From positions 2,656,001 through 2,720,000 of the forward strand of contig CBDCDZ010000004.1 in the NCBI GenBank assembly GCA_965215565.1: a stretch of 64,000 bases of DNA, in the 5' to 3' direction. The position numbers and the translations under genes were made by a program. Shown in pieces: positions 7,022-17,981 of this stretch; within the stretch, counting starts at the first letter, position 1; each line of letters begins with the position of its first letter. This DNA comes from Trueperaceae bacterium. Lineage in GTDB: Bacteria; Deinococcota; Deinococci; Deinococcales; Trueperaceae. The notes beneath the pieces are model-generated. The model ran no database searches and had not been told where the DNA came from. It saw nothing but the letters and a program-made list of their open reading frames with translations.

Positions 7022-7891
7022 CTACCAGCGGTAATGCCGAATATGCTCCCCGCGCCTCGCAATTTCGCTCATAGACTCGATGCCAATATCTAGGTGAATA
7101 TCCGTGAAGGTGCTGAAGACCTCTTTCGCCGACGCCTTCGTCTTGATGCCGCCCTTCTTGAGCGGTAAATCTGAAACGAGTAAAAGCGCCCCGATAGGCA
7201 CTTTGCTTGCGAAACCACCCACAAAGAGCGTCGCTGTCTCCATGTCGATCGCTAGCGCCCGCTCCTCATAGAGTTCCGCCTTGAACTTCTCGTCGAACTC
7301 CCAGAAGCGGTAATCCGTGGTGTGAACCACGCCCGTGCGGTAGTCGTAGCCCTTCTCCATGATGATCTGCGAGACAAATTTCTGCACTTTGAAGGTCGGC
7401 AGCGCAGGCACGCGGGGCGGCATGAAGTGTTTCGACGCGCCCTCATCTCGAATCGCGGCGGTGGGTACGATAAAGTCACCTACCTCCAAAGAGCGGTGAA
7501 GCCCGCCTGTAATCCCTAGAAAGAGCACGGCTTTGGGGTCTACGGTTGCTAACGTTTCGATGATAATTGCGGCGTTCGGTGAGCCGATAGAGAAGTTGAC
7601 GATCGAGACGCCCATCTTCTCGCTGTGCACTACGCTCATCGCCGAGCCGTGCGTCTCCGAGTCGCCGCACAAGGAGCGGAAGCGCTCCATGTAGTAGCCG
7701 AAGTTGGTCAAAATGATCTGCTTTTGAAAGTCGCCGGGAGACGTGCCCGTGTAGCGCTCCAACATATCCGCAGCAATCTGCCACTTTTTATCGTTGGCGT
7801 AGATGCGGTTGGGGTCCGGGAAGAGGTAGGGATTCTCTTTAGTTTCCTCTTCAATTGGATGGGCGATTTCTGCGGTGTGGTCACTGTCCAT
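7022..7891 (-). CDS. amn: AMP nucleosidase (short PNP/UDP-fold type)
   Basis: MLERYTG, ILTNF, IGSPNAA, TTDYRFWE, DMETATLF, GALLLVSD.P. Confidence 0.85.
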   Translation of the reverse strand: MDSDHTAEIAHPIEEETKENPYLFPDPNRIYANDKKWQIAADMLERYTGTSPGDFQKQIILTNFGYYMERFRSLCGDSETHGSAMSVVHSEKMGVSIVNFSIGSPNAAIIIETLATVDPKAVLFLGITGGLHRSLEVGDFIVPTAAIRDEGASKHFMPPRVPALPTFKVQKFVSQIIMEKGYDYRTGVVHTTDYRFWEFDEKFKAELYEERALAIDMETATLFVGGFASKVPIGALLLVSDLPLKKGGIKTKASAKEVFSTFTDIHLDIGIESMSEIARRGEHIRHYRW

Positions 7892-8027
7892 AGTCGAGGG
7901 TACGGGATTTAGGGATTGAGGGCAAGAGGTTGCACTTCATGTGAAAAAGTCGGCTTTGAATGCTCGAGGCTTTTAGCAATTGGCTTTTAGGTTTTAGCTA
8001 AAGGCTAACCGCTAAGCGCTTAAACAT

Positions 8028-8447
8028 TTAGAGATGCGGCGCAAGTTTACTTTCTAAAGCCCCCTTAGATAGCGCCCCCACCATCGTCTCGAGGGGTTGC
8101 CCGTCCTTAAAAAGCATCAGCGTCGGGATGCTCTGGACTCTATACGCGCTCTGTGTAGCGGGGTTTTCGTCGATATTAAGCTTGACGACTTTGAGTTTGC
8201 CTCGGTGTTCTTTGGAGAGGTCTTCCAAAACGGGCGCGACCATGCGGCACGGCCCGCACCAGGGAGCCCAGAAGTCTACGAGCACGGGTACGGGTGCGTT
8301 CAGCGCCTCTTTGAACGACGCATCTGAGGTGCTCTCGAGCCAGGGTAAGGTCTGAGCGCACCGTCCACAGACCGGAAGCTGACCCTCTGGAGAGGTCCCG
8401 AGACGATTTTTCGCGCCGCAGTTCGGACAAGTGATGAGGTTTGCCAT
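8028..8447 (-). CDS. trxC: Thioredoxin 2 with N-terminal Zn-finger
   Basis: CPNC...CGRC plus WAPWCGPC. Confidence 0.92.
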   Translation of the reverse strand: MANLITCPNCGAKNRLGTSPEGQLPVCGRCAQTLPWLESTSDASFKEALNAPVPVLVDFWAPWCGPCRMVAPVLEDLSKEHRGKLKVVKLNIDENPATQSAYRVQSIPTLMLFKDGQPLETMVGALSKGALESKLAPHL

Positions 8448-8450
8448 CCC

Positions 8451-9773
8451 TCACTCTAACGCCTCTTTGAACATCCCACCAGGTTGAAAGTAACGCACCG
8501 CCAGCGTCACCACGCGCACGCCCATGAGCGCGACGATACCCCACCACACGCCCGCCAAGCCTAAGCCAAGAGGCACGACGAGAAGTAAAACGAGCACCGC
8601 CGCCACTGCTGAAATCACCATCGCCCTAGCGAGATACGCAAAGTCCTCCGCGCCCATGAATATCCCGTCCCACACAAAAACAAGCGCGTTCAAGGGCTGC
8701 ATAAAGACGACAAAGGGAAAGACCGCGAGCACGAGCGCAATAACCTCTTCGTCTCCCGTGAAAAGTCGCGGCAAGTAAGGTGCGAGCAGCGCGAAGCCGA
8801 CGCCGAGGAACACGCCGACGCCCGAACCCCATACGAGCAAGCGGTTGGAGACCTCCCTTGCCGAATTCGCGTCATTCTCCCCCAAATACTTCGCCACCAA
8901 CGCTTGCGCCGCAATCGCCAGCGCGTCCACCACGAGCGCCAAAAAGAGCCAAAGCTGCGCGGCGACTTGATGCGCAGCAACCTCCAAGACGCCCACCCGC
9001 GTCGCCACCGCCGTCGCTAAGGTCAGCGTGCCGATGAGCGCGAAGGTGCGCACTGCAAGCTCCCAACCGATGCGCAGAAAGGGGCGGAGTTCGGCGAGGT
9101 TAGGGAGGATGAGGGGTATCTCGAGCCTCTCCCGCTGCTTCACCAGCAACAGCCACACAAACCAGAGCGCTCCCACCCACTGCGCAATGACCGTCGCCCA
9201 AGCCGCGCCCGCCAAGCCCCAGCCGAAGCCAAAGATGAACAAAGGGTCGAGGACGAGATTCACTAGATTGAGCCAGAGCGTAATCACAAATGGCGTCCGC
9301 GTGTCCTGATAGCCCCGAAACGCCCCGTTGCCCGCTGTGATGAGGAGCAGTGCAGGACCCGCCAGCGCACGAATCCGCAGGTACACGAGTGCAGGCTCCC
9401 GCAACCCCTCATCCGCGCCCATAAGGGTGAGAATCGGTACGGCGAAGGCTTGCAGGAGGATGAGCGCGAGAGCGCCCACGATGAGCGCCAGCGTGAACGC
9501 CTGCACCACCACGCGCCCCGCGCCCGCCCGGTCTCCCCTACCGATGGCGCGTCCTATCATCGGGGTGGTGCCGTACGCCAAGAAGTTAAAGACCACAAAC
9601 GCGAGCGAGAAGACCGAGATGTTGACGCCCAGCGCGGCTAAGGGCGTTGCGCCCAAGCGCCCGACGAAGGCAGTGTCTACCAGGGAAACGATGGGGTCGG
9701 CGGCGAGTGCGCCCAAGGCGGGGAAGGCGAGGGCGAAGATGGCGCGGTCATGTTTGTGGAGTTGAAAGGTCAC
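8451..9773 (-). CDS. MATE family efflux transporter (DinF-like)
   Basis: Many TM segments; LVDTAFVGRLG, GAFRGYQDTRTP, LDPLFIF, AAHQV. Confidence 0.9.
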   Translation of the reverse strand: MTFQLHKHDRAIFALAFPALGALAADPIVSLVDTAFVGRLGATPLAALGVNISVFSLAFVVFNFLAYGTTPMIGRAIGRGDRAGAGRVVVQAFTLALIVGALALILLQAFAVPILTLMGADEGLREPALVYLRIRALAGPALLLITAGNGAFRGYQDTRTPFVITLWLNLVNLVLDPLFIFGFGWGLAGAAWATVIAQWVGALWFVWLLLVKQRERLEIPLILPNLAELRPFLRIGWELAVRTFALIGTLTLATAVATRVGVLEVAAHQVAAQLWLFLALVVDALAIAAQALVAKYLGENDANSAREVSNRLLVWGSGVGVFLGVGFALLAPYLPRLFTGDEEVIALVLAVFPFVVFMQPLNALVFVWDGIFMGAEDFAYLARAMVISAVAAVLVLLLVVPLGLGLAGVWWGIVALMGVRVVTLAVRYFQPGGMFKEALE

Positions 9774-10402
9774 TTATTGGACTGTAAACCGACAGCGACG
9801 AGACCAGGTAACATTGTTATTGACTGGATGTTTGTTGAGAGAGAGCTCTTCAAGGTTTCTGGTAGAAGAAACACTGCACTTCTGCGGAGGTCATCAGCAG
9901 AAATTGAGTCTGCGTTAAAAATTCCAGACGCTTCTTCACCGATGAGTCCCAGACGGAAGGGAACTGATTGGAATACCGATGAGCCTATCGAAGCGAGGAT
10001 TTGATTAACTTCGTGCATCCACGGATTTGTGGCAGAAGATAAGGGATAGTCAACGGAATAAACAAGCCCCAGCATTCCAGTGGGTATACAAAGGTCGAGC
10101 CAATCTGCTCCGTTATCATCACTTTCGCGAACGACAATGCTCTCACAGCCAACTTGCAGACCATGACCTAATGTAAGAATTCCATGCCTTGGTAACTCGA
10201 CTTCACCAACAATTTTAGTTAGAGGTGGAGAAGTCTGAAAGTCATCTCGATCAGTCCACGAACCGTGAAGTTGAGGATGTGCCCAAAGACTATTAAGTGC
10301 TCTTAGGAGACGTTCGTCATCACCTTTTGGTCCTAACTCGAGACAAAGTTCATAGTACGAGCCGTACCAATTCTCTTTCTTCGTAAAAGTTTCACGGTTC
10401 AT
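9770..10402 (-). CDS. Hypothetical protein, lower GC than neighbours
   Basis: ~210-aa ORF whose stop overlaps the MATE start; no recognised motif. Confidence 0.65.
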   Translation of the reverse strand: MNRETFTKKENWYGSYYELCLELGPKGDDERLLRALNSLWAHPQLHGSWTDRDDFQTSPPLTKIVGEVELPRHGILTLGHGLQVGCESIVVRESDDNGADWLDLCIPTGMLGLVYSVDYPLSSATNPWMHEVNQILASIGSSVFQSVPFRLGLIGEEASGIFNADSISADDLRRSAVFLLPETLKSSLSTNIQSITMLPGLVAVGLQSNK

Positions 10403-10409
10403 ATTTGAT

Positions 10410-10628
10410 CTACGCACCTAATAAGCATTCAAATAGAATACCTCTTCTCAACCTCTCGAGCCCTCCTACGACATCGCAGCAGAGGTATACCAAAAACACC
10501 AATACCGACATACATTCTGAGTCCAGAACGAAGAGGTCCGCACTCTCGACTGTGCCGCCCCACTCAGCGTATACGTTCCAAAGTGTTTCGATGTCTTCAG
10601 CAGCCGAGTCGGTGATGCAAAAGGTCAC
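10410..10628 (-). pseudogene. Truncated ParE/RelE toxin remnant
   Basis: ITDSAAEDIETLWNVYAE...AD.F is a ParE-like N-terminus; the rest is unrelated; coupled to the upstream antitoxin. Confidence 0.6.
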
Positions 10629-10912
10629 TAGTACGTGTCAGGTTCACGTTCAGCGCGGCGCTCTTTTATGTGGGTAAGTAGCTGCCGCGCAAACGCCTCA
10701 GCCTCTTCCGGCGTGCTTATCTTCGTTGAGCGTCCAGCGTCAGCTGCGTCAATACCCTCTTGCACTCGAGCACGAATTTCGGCGGTGCGTTCTTGATACC
10801 TTTGCCACAAGTCCAGAGCGTGAGCCACTACTTCGCTCTCGTCTGAGTATTCCCCTGTCTCCAACTGCTCGTCCACAAAGCGCCGCTGCTCAGGGGTGAG
10901 GTCTATCGTCAT
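10628..10912 (-). CDS. ParD-like ribbon-helix-helix antitoxin
   Basis: IDLTPEQRRFVDEQLETGEYSDESEVV..AL, EGIDAADAGR. Confidence 0.8.
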   Translation of the reverse strand: MTIDLTPEQRRFVDEQLETGEYSDESEVVAHALDLWQRYQERTAEIRARVQEGIDAADAGRSTKISTPEEAEAFARQLLTHIKERRAEREPDTY

Positions 10913-10955
10913 AGTTTAAGAATAGGCGTTTTCTCGAGAAGTTGCAACGAGATAC

Positions 10956-11303
10956 TCAGCCTTGTGGCTCTAAATGCGAGAGTTCCGTCCAACTTAGTGG
11001 AACAGTAGACACCATAAATGCCTCTTCCGTTTCGGTAAAAAGCGGATTGAGTTCTGCGCGTCTATATTCTTGCGCTTTCACTGAGTCAGGGTCAACGCGA
11101 ACCTTAGCTTGAATCGTCTCGTACTGCTCGAGGTCATCATACACCCACAACGCTGCAATATGATTGCCGTCCTCGGTTTGCCATCTACCGACTAAGCGAG
11201 CACCGTACCGTTTTTGAACAGGCAGCAGACGTTCACGGAAGAAAGCGTTGAAAACGTCTATCTTCCCCGGCGCTACTTTGTATTGTCGCAGTCTGAATAT
11301 CAC
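10956..11303 (-). CDS. NIPSNAP family protein
   Basis: RLRQYKVAPGK, YGARLVGRW, LWVYDDLE. Confidence 0.78.
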   Translation of the reverse strand: MIFRLRQYKVAPGKIDVFNAFFRERLLPVQKRYGARLVGRWQTEDGNHIAALWVYDDLEQYETIQAKVRVDPDSVKAQEYRRAELNPLFTETEEAFMVSTVPLSWTELSHLEPQG

Positions 11304-11314
11304 GAGTATCCTAT

Positions 11315-12403
11315 CTACCCTGTCCTAAGTGGCACCACCATCGCCAAATAACTCGTATCCTTCAAACTCGCCAGCACGCTCGGGCTCGTCGGACCGGAGA
11401 ACGAAAAGCGCACGTCTCCATCCACGGGTCTCAGCGCACTCGCCAAGTAGTCCGCATTGTAGGCTAAGGCAATCTCCGACTCAGTTCCCTCTTGCGAGAC
11501 CTCTAACGCCTCTTGAGAGCGCCCGTACGCCCCCTCCGCTGTTATTTGCAAACTTCCATCCTTAATAAAGAGGTCCACGCGGTTATTCGCCGTCTTGTCC
11601 GCCATGACCGCTACGCGCGAGACCGTCTCTAAGAGCGCTTTGGCACCCAGCAAAATACTCACCGGAAATTGTGAGGGAATCACGCGCTCATAGTCGGGGA
11701 AAGTCCCTTCCATCAGCTTGACGTTGAGCTTAAAGGGACCGCTCTGTACCGAAAGTTGAGAGTCGGCCAGCTCGAGCTTTGCCTCCCCACTCCCCAAAAG
11801 CCTGCTGAGTTCGTCCACACTCCGCGCCGGGATGACGATGTCCCCGTCCAGCCCGCTCGCGTCCTCCATGTGATAGTACGCTAGGCGGAAGCCGTCGGTG
11901 GCAACAGCGCGTGTCCTCTTGTCATTAAACTCAACCTTGACCCCGCGAAAAATCGCCTGATACTCCGCTACGGCTGCCGCGTACCTCACGTGACTGAGCG
12001 CGTTGGAAAGCTGTGACCCGTCGAACCTACCCGCGTATCCCTCTGGAAAGGTGACCTCTGGGACCGTCGCGGCGTCAGCAAGTTGGAGTTTGGTGGCGTA
12101 GCTGCCGGAACTTATCTCGAGTTCCTTATCGTCAAACGTGAGTTCGACTAATTCACCCGGCAGTGCCCGCACGACCTGTCCGAAGACATGCGCAGGCAAG
12201 GCGGCGTGCCCACCCCCGGACACATCCGCCTGCACCGTCGCCTGGATGTCAATATCCATATTGCTGCCGCTAAAGGTGATGCCCCTCTCCCCCATCTGCA
12301 TGTTGATAAGGCTGAGCCCCGGATTGCTGCTGCGACTAGGAATGATGCGCTCGATGTTGCCGAGCACATCGGCGAGTTGTTTACGCGGAACCTGTACGTT
12401 CAT
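11315..12403 (-). CDS. dnaN: DNA polymerase III beta clamp
   Basis: AVATDGFRLA, LMEGTFPDYERVIP, MVVPLR; start at 12403 follows a TATGCT -10 (leaderless). Confidence 0.97.
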   Translation of the reverse strand: MNVQVPRKQLADVLGNIERIIPSRSSNPGLSLINMQMGERGITFSGSNMDIDIQATVQADVSGGGHAALPAHVFGQVVRALPGELVELTFDDKELEISSGSYATKLQLADAATVPEVTFPEGYAGRFDGSQLSNALSHVRYAAAVAEYQAIFRGVKVEFNDKRTRAVATDGFRLAYYHMEDASGLDGDIVIPARSVDELSRLLGSGEAKLELADSQLSVQSGPFKLNVKLMEGTFPDYERVIPSQFPVSILLGAKALLETVSRVAVMADKTANNRVDLFIKDGSLQITAEGAYGRSQEALEVSQEGTESEIALAYNADYLASALRPVDGDVRFSFSGPTSPSVLASLKDTSYLAMVVPLRTG

Positions 12404-12734
12404 AGAGGTGAGCATACCGAAAATCAGCGCGGGGAAAAAGCGGCTGTGGAAGAAACCAGAGGAAAGTGAAGTGGAAGAGGTTTTAAGAGGTTAGAGATAA
12501 AGAAGTCAATTTGGAAAGCGAGATATTTCTCAGCGGTCTCGAGGCTGACGAGTTAGCTTTTTAGAGAAGAGGTTGAACTATTTTTCAAAACGTCTTTTAG
12601 GTTTGAAAATTCTCTGAAATTGACCTCTTGGTTGTTCTCTTTTCAGCTTCTCTTTTTTCGTTGGTTTATGAGAACGCGCGTTTTCCCTAAGACTTTACGG
12701 TTGACGAAACGAAAATTTTTCAAAGGTTCTAATA

Positions 12735-12945
12735 CTCTATAGTAGGGCCTGTGGATAGTGTGGATAACTATGCTTTGCCCCGTCCAGGACAGCAAAGTGC
12801 CTGTGGATAATTTTGTGGATAACTCGCCTTTGCCTGTGGATAACTACCCGAGTTATCCACAGCTATCCACAGGCTGTGAAAAACCCCTAGTTATCCACAG
12901 TTTATCAACAGGATATCCACAGCTTATCCACAGAGTTATCCACAG
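12735..12945. other. Chromosomal replication origin oriC (DnaA-box cluster)
   Basis: TGTGGATAA at 12759, 12802, 12814, 12835; TTATCCACA at 12853, 12891, 12924, 12936; variants at 12750, 12863, 12875, 12902, 12913; lies between dnaA and dnaN. Confidence 0.95.
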
Positions 12946-13166
12946 GTGTAGATGTGTGAATTATTTGTTTGATGATAGATATACATGCTAATTTAATGGG
13001 ATTTGAGTGTTTTCATAGCACATTTTAATCTATAAAAGCACTCCATAGATGTGAGTGTAAATTTGGCAAGCCGTGCACTCAAAACTCATATTTCAGGGGA
13101 TGATTCACTTGGCTCGAGAATTACTGAATTTTAGAGCCTTTTTGCGGAAAGGCATTTAGTAGCAAA

Positions 13167-13598
13167 TTAGATAGGTTGATTTCTGATAACTAGACCGAGC
13201 TTTTGAGCCTCCTCTTTGTTTGCTTCTATCCAGTCATGACAGGAATCGCATATACCCAGAAAGTATTCAGGATTGTTATACATGTCCACATCGTTTACAG
13301 GTCGACGACCTCGCCTGTGATGAATCTGAGTGGCAATCCGCTGATTACTAAAGCAAGAAGTCTCTCTTAAAGTAGCTTCGCAGCGAGGAAATTCTGGTGG
13401 GCTCAGGTGTTGAAGTTTTTCCTGTAAAGTCTCTCCAGGAATATCACCAAAAGAACGCTTTAGATGATTCTGACGCTGAGCCAGATTTAATAGGTAAAGA
13501 GGGCGTTCCACTTTACGATAACGTTGATCTTGGCGCTTACGGTACTCACGCTCTTCAGGGGTAAAGGTACGCTTGGTTTTTGCTCTTTCAGGCAACAT
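13167..13598 (-). CDS. HNH endonuclease-like protein
   Basis: C...C...ATQIHHRRGR...N...FLGICDSCHDWI; AT-rich. Confidence 0.75.
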   Translation of the reverse strand: MLPERAKTKRTFTPEEREYRKRQDQRYRKVERPLYLLNLAQRQNHLKRSFGDIPGETLQEKLQHLSPPEFPRCEATLRETSCFSNQRIATQIHHRRGRRPVNDVDMYNNPEYFLGICDSCHDWIEANKEEAQKLGLVIRNQPI

Positions 13599-13672
13599 GC
13601 TTCTAATTTTTCTTGAAAAAATGTATTTTCAAGGGTTATCAATCACAACACTCTCAATCCCGAGAGATGAAC

Positions 13673-15022
13673 TTACAAAAGGTCAGCCTTAATCGCCAAA
13701 ATCCGCTCTTCCAACTCTCTATCCTTCGCCATCTGTTCCGTCACCTTCTGCACCGCGTACATCACCGTCGAGTGGTCGCGTCCCGAGAAGAACTGCCCGA
13801 TTTCCGGGTACGAGTGCGGCGTGAACTCGCGGATGAGGTACATTGCCACTTGGCGCGGCACGACGAGTTCGTGCCGTCTCCCCTTTGAGCGGAGATCGCC
13901 CGCTTCCACCTCAAAGTGGTGGGCAGCAGCCTTAATAATCTCATCCATCGTCAGGTTGAGTTCGCTCGGCGCAAACACGTCAGAGAGGGCGCTCACAGCG
14001 GTCTGGCGGCTCAGTTGCGTCTGGTTCATGCTCGCGAAGACAATGACGCGCACCAATGCGCCCTCTAACTCGCGAATGTTCGAAGTCACTTGCCGCGCAA
14101 TGTAGTCGATCACATCAGGCGGAATCTTGACGCCGCGATACTCCGCGTTCATTTTGAGGATGGCGATGCGCGTCTCTAACTCGGGTGCTTGAATGTCGGT
14201 GATGAGCCCCCACTCGAAGCGGCTGCGCAGGCGGTTCTCCAAGGTGGGAATGTCTTTCGGTGGTCTATCAGACGAGAGAATAATCTGCTTGCCCGACTCG
14301 TAGAGCGCATTAAACGTATGGAAAAACTCCTCTTGCGTGCGCTCTTTTCCCGCGATGAACTGCACGTCGTCCACCAACAAGAGGTCAATGCTGCGGTAGC
14401 GATCCCGAAACGCGGTCATCTTGTCTTCGCGAATGGCGTTGATGAGGTCATTAGTGAAGGCTTCGGTGGTGACGTATTCGACGTGGAGTTTGGCGAAGCG
14501 GTCTGCTACGGCGTGACCGACAGCGTGCATGAGGTGGGTCTTACCTAGACCGGAGTCGCCGTAGACGAAGAGCGGGTTGTAAGCGCGTCCGGGCGCTTCG
14601 GCGACGGCGATGGCGGCGGCGTGCGAGAGGTTGTTGTTCGGACCAACGACGAAGTTGGTGAAGTTGTATTTCGGGTTGAGCCTCGGCTTATTGACGGTTG
14701 GCGCGGCTTCTTCGGACGTAGAAGGCGTATTAAACATATCTTGCTGCTCGGAAGGCTTGGCGGCGATAACCTGAAAGCCGACGCGGGGGCTCGGTGCGCC
14801 GAAGTGTTTAAGCGCTTCTTCTATGACGCCGCTGTAGTGATTTTTGAGCCAGTCTTTGGCGAAGGAGTGAGGGACGCCCAGCATAAAGGTTCCGTCCTCG
14901 ATGCCGAGCGGCTGTACCTGCGTGAACCAGGTACGAAACTCAACCTCGGGAATCCGCTGTTTGACGAACTCTAAGATATCGTCCCAGATGGGATCACTCC
15001 GTAATGTTGTAGGTGCTTTCAT
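13673..15022 (-). CDS. dnaA: Chromosomal replication initiator DnaA
   Basis: [45 protein letters not shown]. Confidence 0.99.
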   Translation of the reverse strand: MKAPTTLRSDPIWDDILEFVKQRIPEVEFRTWFTQVQPLGIEDGTFMLGVPHSFAKDWLKNHYSGVIEEALKHFGAPSPRVGFQVIAAKPSEQQDMFNTPSTSEEAAPTVNKPRLNPKYNFTNFVVGPNNNLSHAAAIAVAEAPGRAYNPLFVYGDSGLGKTHLMHAVGHAVADRFAKLHVEYVTTEAFTNDLINAIREDKMTAFRDRYRSIDLLLVDDVQFIAGKERTQEEFFHTFNALYESGKQIILSSDRPPKDIPTLENRLRSRFEWGLITDIQAPELETRIAILKMNAEYRGVKIPPDVIDYIARQVTSNIRELEGALVRVIVFASMNQTQLSRQTAVSALSDVFAPSELNLTMDEIIKAAAHHFEVEAGDLRSKGRRHELVVPRQVAMYLIREFTPHSYPEIGQFFSGRDHSTVMYAVQKVTEQMAKDRELEERILAIKADLL

Positions 15023-15139
15023 CCCTATCTGACCTCTATTCGCTCGCCGCCGGTTGCCCTTGTTGCCTACACAAATCGTTTACACAAAATATCTCGCTGA
15101 AAGTATTAGTAATCAGTATAAATCCTAAGTTGAAATAGC

Positions 15140-15216
15140 GCAGGTATCATCACTAAAGGTGCGTGCTACATGACGCCTTACCTCGTGAGACTGGTCTGAA
15201 CCAGGTGAAATCCCGC
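15140..15216 (+). repeat. Dispersed 76-77 bp inverted-repeat element, copy 1 (degenerate right end)
   Basis: GCAGGTATCATCAC...GTGCGTGCTA...AACCAGGTGAAATCCCGC. Confidence 0.7.
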
Positions 15217-15523
15217 TAGCCTAACGGCTGAGACCTGCTATAGAAAGGTAGTTTAACAGATTTAAGGTGAGTATCGGTTGACTCGAGTAAGGCGTACCAT
15301 CACGAACGCGGAAGGGTGGAAAGAGGTAGTTAGCAGTCAGCATATGAAGAAGTTTTTCACTCCTGGACTCTGAATACTATCTTCTCGTTTCTTCCGACCC
15401 TGCTACGTCTGGTATCAGAAAATATGCTAAGATGATACCTTATTTGAGGTTTCTCCTCGATTTCGAGAGAATCTTTCTATGTTTACAGCTAATACGTAAG
15501 CGTTCTAACCTAACGGAGAGATA

Positions 15524-17368
15524 ATGCACGACTATGACGTTATTGTAGTGGGTGGTGGTCACGCTGGCATCGAAGCGGCGCACGCGGCGGCGAAGCTCGG
15601 TGCGGCGGTGGCGCTTGCTATCCCTAACCCTGACAAAATTGGACTGATGCCCTGCAACCCGGCGATTGGCGGGCCGGGCAAGTCGCAGCTTGTCTTCGAA
15701 CTTCATGCGCTCGGCGGCGTGATGGGTAAATTAGCCGATGAGACCGCGATTCACGCCCGCACGCTCAACGCGAGTAAGGGCCCAGCGGTGCAATCTTTGC
15801 GCGTGCAAAACGAACGTGACGGTTATAGGGCGGCGGCGCGGCGGCTTATTGAGGGTACGGCGGGTATTGATATCGTGCGTGGAGAGGTGGCGGCGTTACA
15901 TGTTGAGGATGGCATCCTAAGAGGTGTCTCTCTTACTGATGGACGCGAACTCAACGCGCCTAGCGTCGTGCTTTGCACGGGAACATTCCTCAAAGGCGTC
16001 GTTTGGTACGGCAAACAGCAGCGCGAAGCGGGGCGGCAGGGGGAAGCGCCTGCGCGTCACCTCTCGCACAGCCTCACTGCGACAGGTCACAACCTCTTGC
16101 GCTTCAAAACAGGTACGCCGCCGCGTATCCGTTCGGACTCGGTGGATTTCTCGGTGTTAGAAGTTGTCCCTGCTGACAACCCCGTCGCCTCTTTCACGGG
16201 CAAACCTGGTGCAAAAACGACGAGTAGCCCAACGTGGCTCACGCATACCACACCAGAGACGCATGAACTGATCAACGCGAATCTCGAGCATTCCGCCATG
16301 TACGGCGGCGTCATCGAAGGGCAAGGCCCGCGCTACTGTCCCTCGATTGAAGACAAAGTGGTGCGCTTCTCGGGCAAGGATAGACACCTCTTGTTTGTCG
16401 AGCCTGACGGCACCCAAACGAGCGAGGTGTACTTGCAGGGGTTCTCGAGTTCCATGCCTCCCTATCTGCAAGACGATATGATTCGCACGCTCCCCGGCTT
16501 CGAAAACGCGGTGATTCAGCGCTACGCTTATGCTGTCGAATACGACGCGCTCGACCCGACGCAGCTCGACATCACGCTGATGTCGAAGCGGTTGCCCGGT
16601 CTTTTCAGCGCGGGGCAGATCAATGGGACGAGCGGTTATGAAGAGGCGGCGACGCAGGGCTTTATCGCTGGCGTCAACGCGGCGCAGTTCTCGAGTAACC
16701 AGGAGCCTGTCAGCATTCGCCGTGACCAGGGCTACATCGGGGTGATGCTGGACGATTTGGTGCGCTGGGGCATCAACGAGCCGTATCGGATGCTGACCTC
16801 TCGCAATGAATACCGTCTGCTGCACCGTCAGGACAATGCTCTCGAGCGTCTCTCCCCTACTGGACACGCTTGGGGTTTAGTCAGTGACGAACAACTCGCT
16901 GAAGTTCAGATGAGTGAGGCTCGAGTCGCTCGAGAAGTTGAACGCCTCAGTAAGACTCGCCACGAAGGGACGTTAGCGAGTAAAATCATCTGCCGTCCTG
17001 GAATGACGTATCAAGAGGTTATTAAGCTAGTCGGTAAAAGTCCAGAAAATTTGAGTGCTGAAGAGCAAAAGAAAGCAGAGATTCTGGTTAAGTACGCGGC
17101 GTACATCGCGCGGAGCCAAAAAGAACTCGAGGCGCGAAAAGATTACGAGTCGCTAAGCCTGCAGTCAGTGGATTTTGGGCGGGTCTCGAGCTTGTCCAAA
17201 GAGGGTGGCGAGATGCTGAAACGCCATCGGCCCGTGACGCTCGGGGCAGCGCAACGTATTCGCGGCGTGCGGGACAGTGACGTGACTGCGTTGCTCATTC
17301 ATGCTAAAACGCATAGCAAGCCATCGTCTAAAGCTGTGAATGTTTCACGTGAAACAGCGACAGGCTGA
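15524..17368 (+). CDS. mnmG: tRNA uridine-5-carboxymethylaminomethyl modification enzyme MnmG/GidA
   Basis: [54 protein letters not shown]. Confidence 0.98.
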   Translation: MHDYDVIVVGGGHAGIEAAHAAAKLGAAVALAIPNPDKIGLMPCNPAIGGPGKSQLVFELHALGGVMGKLADETAIHARTLNASKGPAVQSLRVQNERDGYRAAARRLIEGTAGIDIVRGEVAALHVEDGILRGVSLTDGRELNAPSVVLCTGTFLKGVVWYGKQQREAGRQGEAPARHLSHSLTATGHNLLRFKTGTPPRIRSDSVDFSVLEVVPADNPVASFTGKPGAKTTSSPTWLTHTTPETHELINANLEHSAMYGGVIEGQGPRYCPSIEDKVVRFSGKDRHLLFVEPDGTQTSEVYLQGFSSSMPPYLQDDMIRTLPGFENAVIQRYAYAVEYDALDPTQLDITLMSKRLPGLFSAGQINGTSGYEEAATQGFIAGVNAAQFSSNQEPVSIRRDQGYIGVMLDDLVRWGINEPYRMLTSRNEYRLLHRQDNALERLSPTGHAWGLVSDEQLAEVQMSEARVAREVERLSKTRHEGTLASKIICRPGMTYQEVIKLVGKSPENLSAEEQKKAEILVKYAAYIARSQKELEARKDYESLSLQSVDFGRVSSLSKEGGEMLKRHRPVTLGAAQRIRGVRDSDVTALLIHAKTHSKPSSKAVNVSRETATG

Positions 17369-17981
17369 TCAGCTCGAACATTACGCCGATCTTATTCGGC
17401 GCTATCACATGACGCTCGACCTCATGTCGGGCGTTGCTGTTGGGGGGTTAGGAGATAAGGTTGCTGATAGCCTCGCTTATGCAGAGTTTGTACGGGAGCG
17501 GCTCGAGCCCCACCACCGAATCTTGGACATAGGCTCAGGTGTTGGTTTACCTGGCATCCCTTTAGCCGTTCAGTTTCCAGACAGTCCCATCACTTTGGTC
17601 GAACGGCGGCAGAAACGAGCGAGTTTTCTGAAGATTGTGGTGAGTCAACTTGGGCTCGAGAACGTCACTGTCGTCGCTGAAGACGTAACTTCATGGCAAC
17701 AGTCGCCTGTAACTTGGGTCACGGCGCAAGCGGTAGGGCGGTTGTTTAACCTTTACTGTCTGACACATCATTTGCACGCTGAAAGTGTCGTTCTGATGTC
17801 GCGCAAGGGTGATGTTTACATGGAAGAAGTCGCAGAACTACGAGAAAAGCTGGGCTTTTCCAACCCTGACCTCTCCCCTACTGTTTCACGTGAAACAATA
17901 TTGGTCACGCCACTCAGAACACATGGTACGCTAGTCGCAATCAGCCTTCCGGGAGGATTGCATTGCCGACCATCGGAGTAA
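17340..17981 (+). CDS. rsmG: 16S rRNA m7G527 methyltransferase RsmG/GidB
   Basis: [28 protein letters not shown]; lies between mnmG and parA. Confidence 0.92.
   Translation: MFHVKQRQADQLEHYADLIRRYHMTLDLMSGVAVGGLGDKVADSLAYAEFVRERLEPHHRILDIGSGVGLPGIPLAVQFPDSPITLVERRQKRASFLKIVVSQLGLENVTVVAEDVTSWQQSPVTWVTAQAVGRLFNLYCLTHHLHAESVVLMSRKGDVYMEEVAELREKLGFSNPDLSPTVSRETILVTPLRTHGTLVAISLPGGLHCRPSE
17341..17356. promoter_or_regulatory. parS site 1
   Basis: Perfect palindrome TGTTTCACGTGAAACA. Confidence 0.95.
17882..17897. promoter_or_regulatory. parS site 2 (inside rsmG)
   Basis: Perfect TGTTTCACGTGAAACA. Confidence 0.95.

Noticed and set aside
12758..12991. 77-aa ORF over oriC
   Set aside because: The VDN/IHR/YPQ repeats are simply translated DnaA boxes
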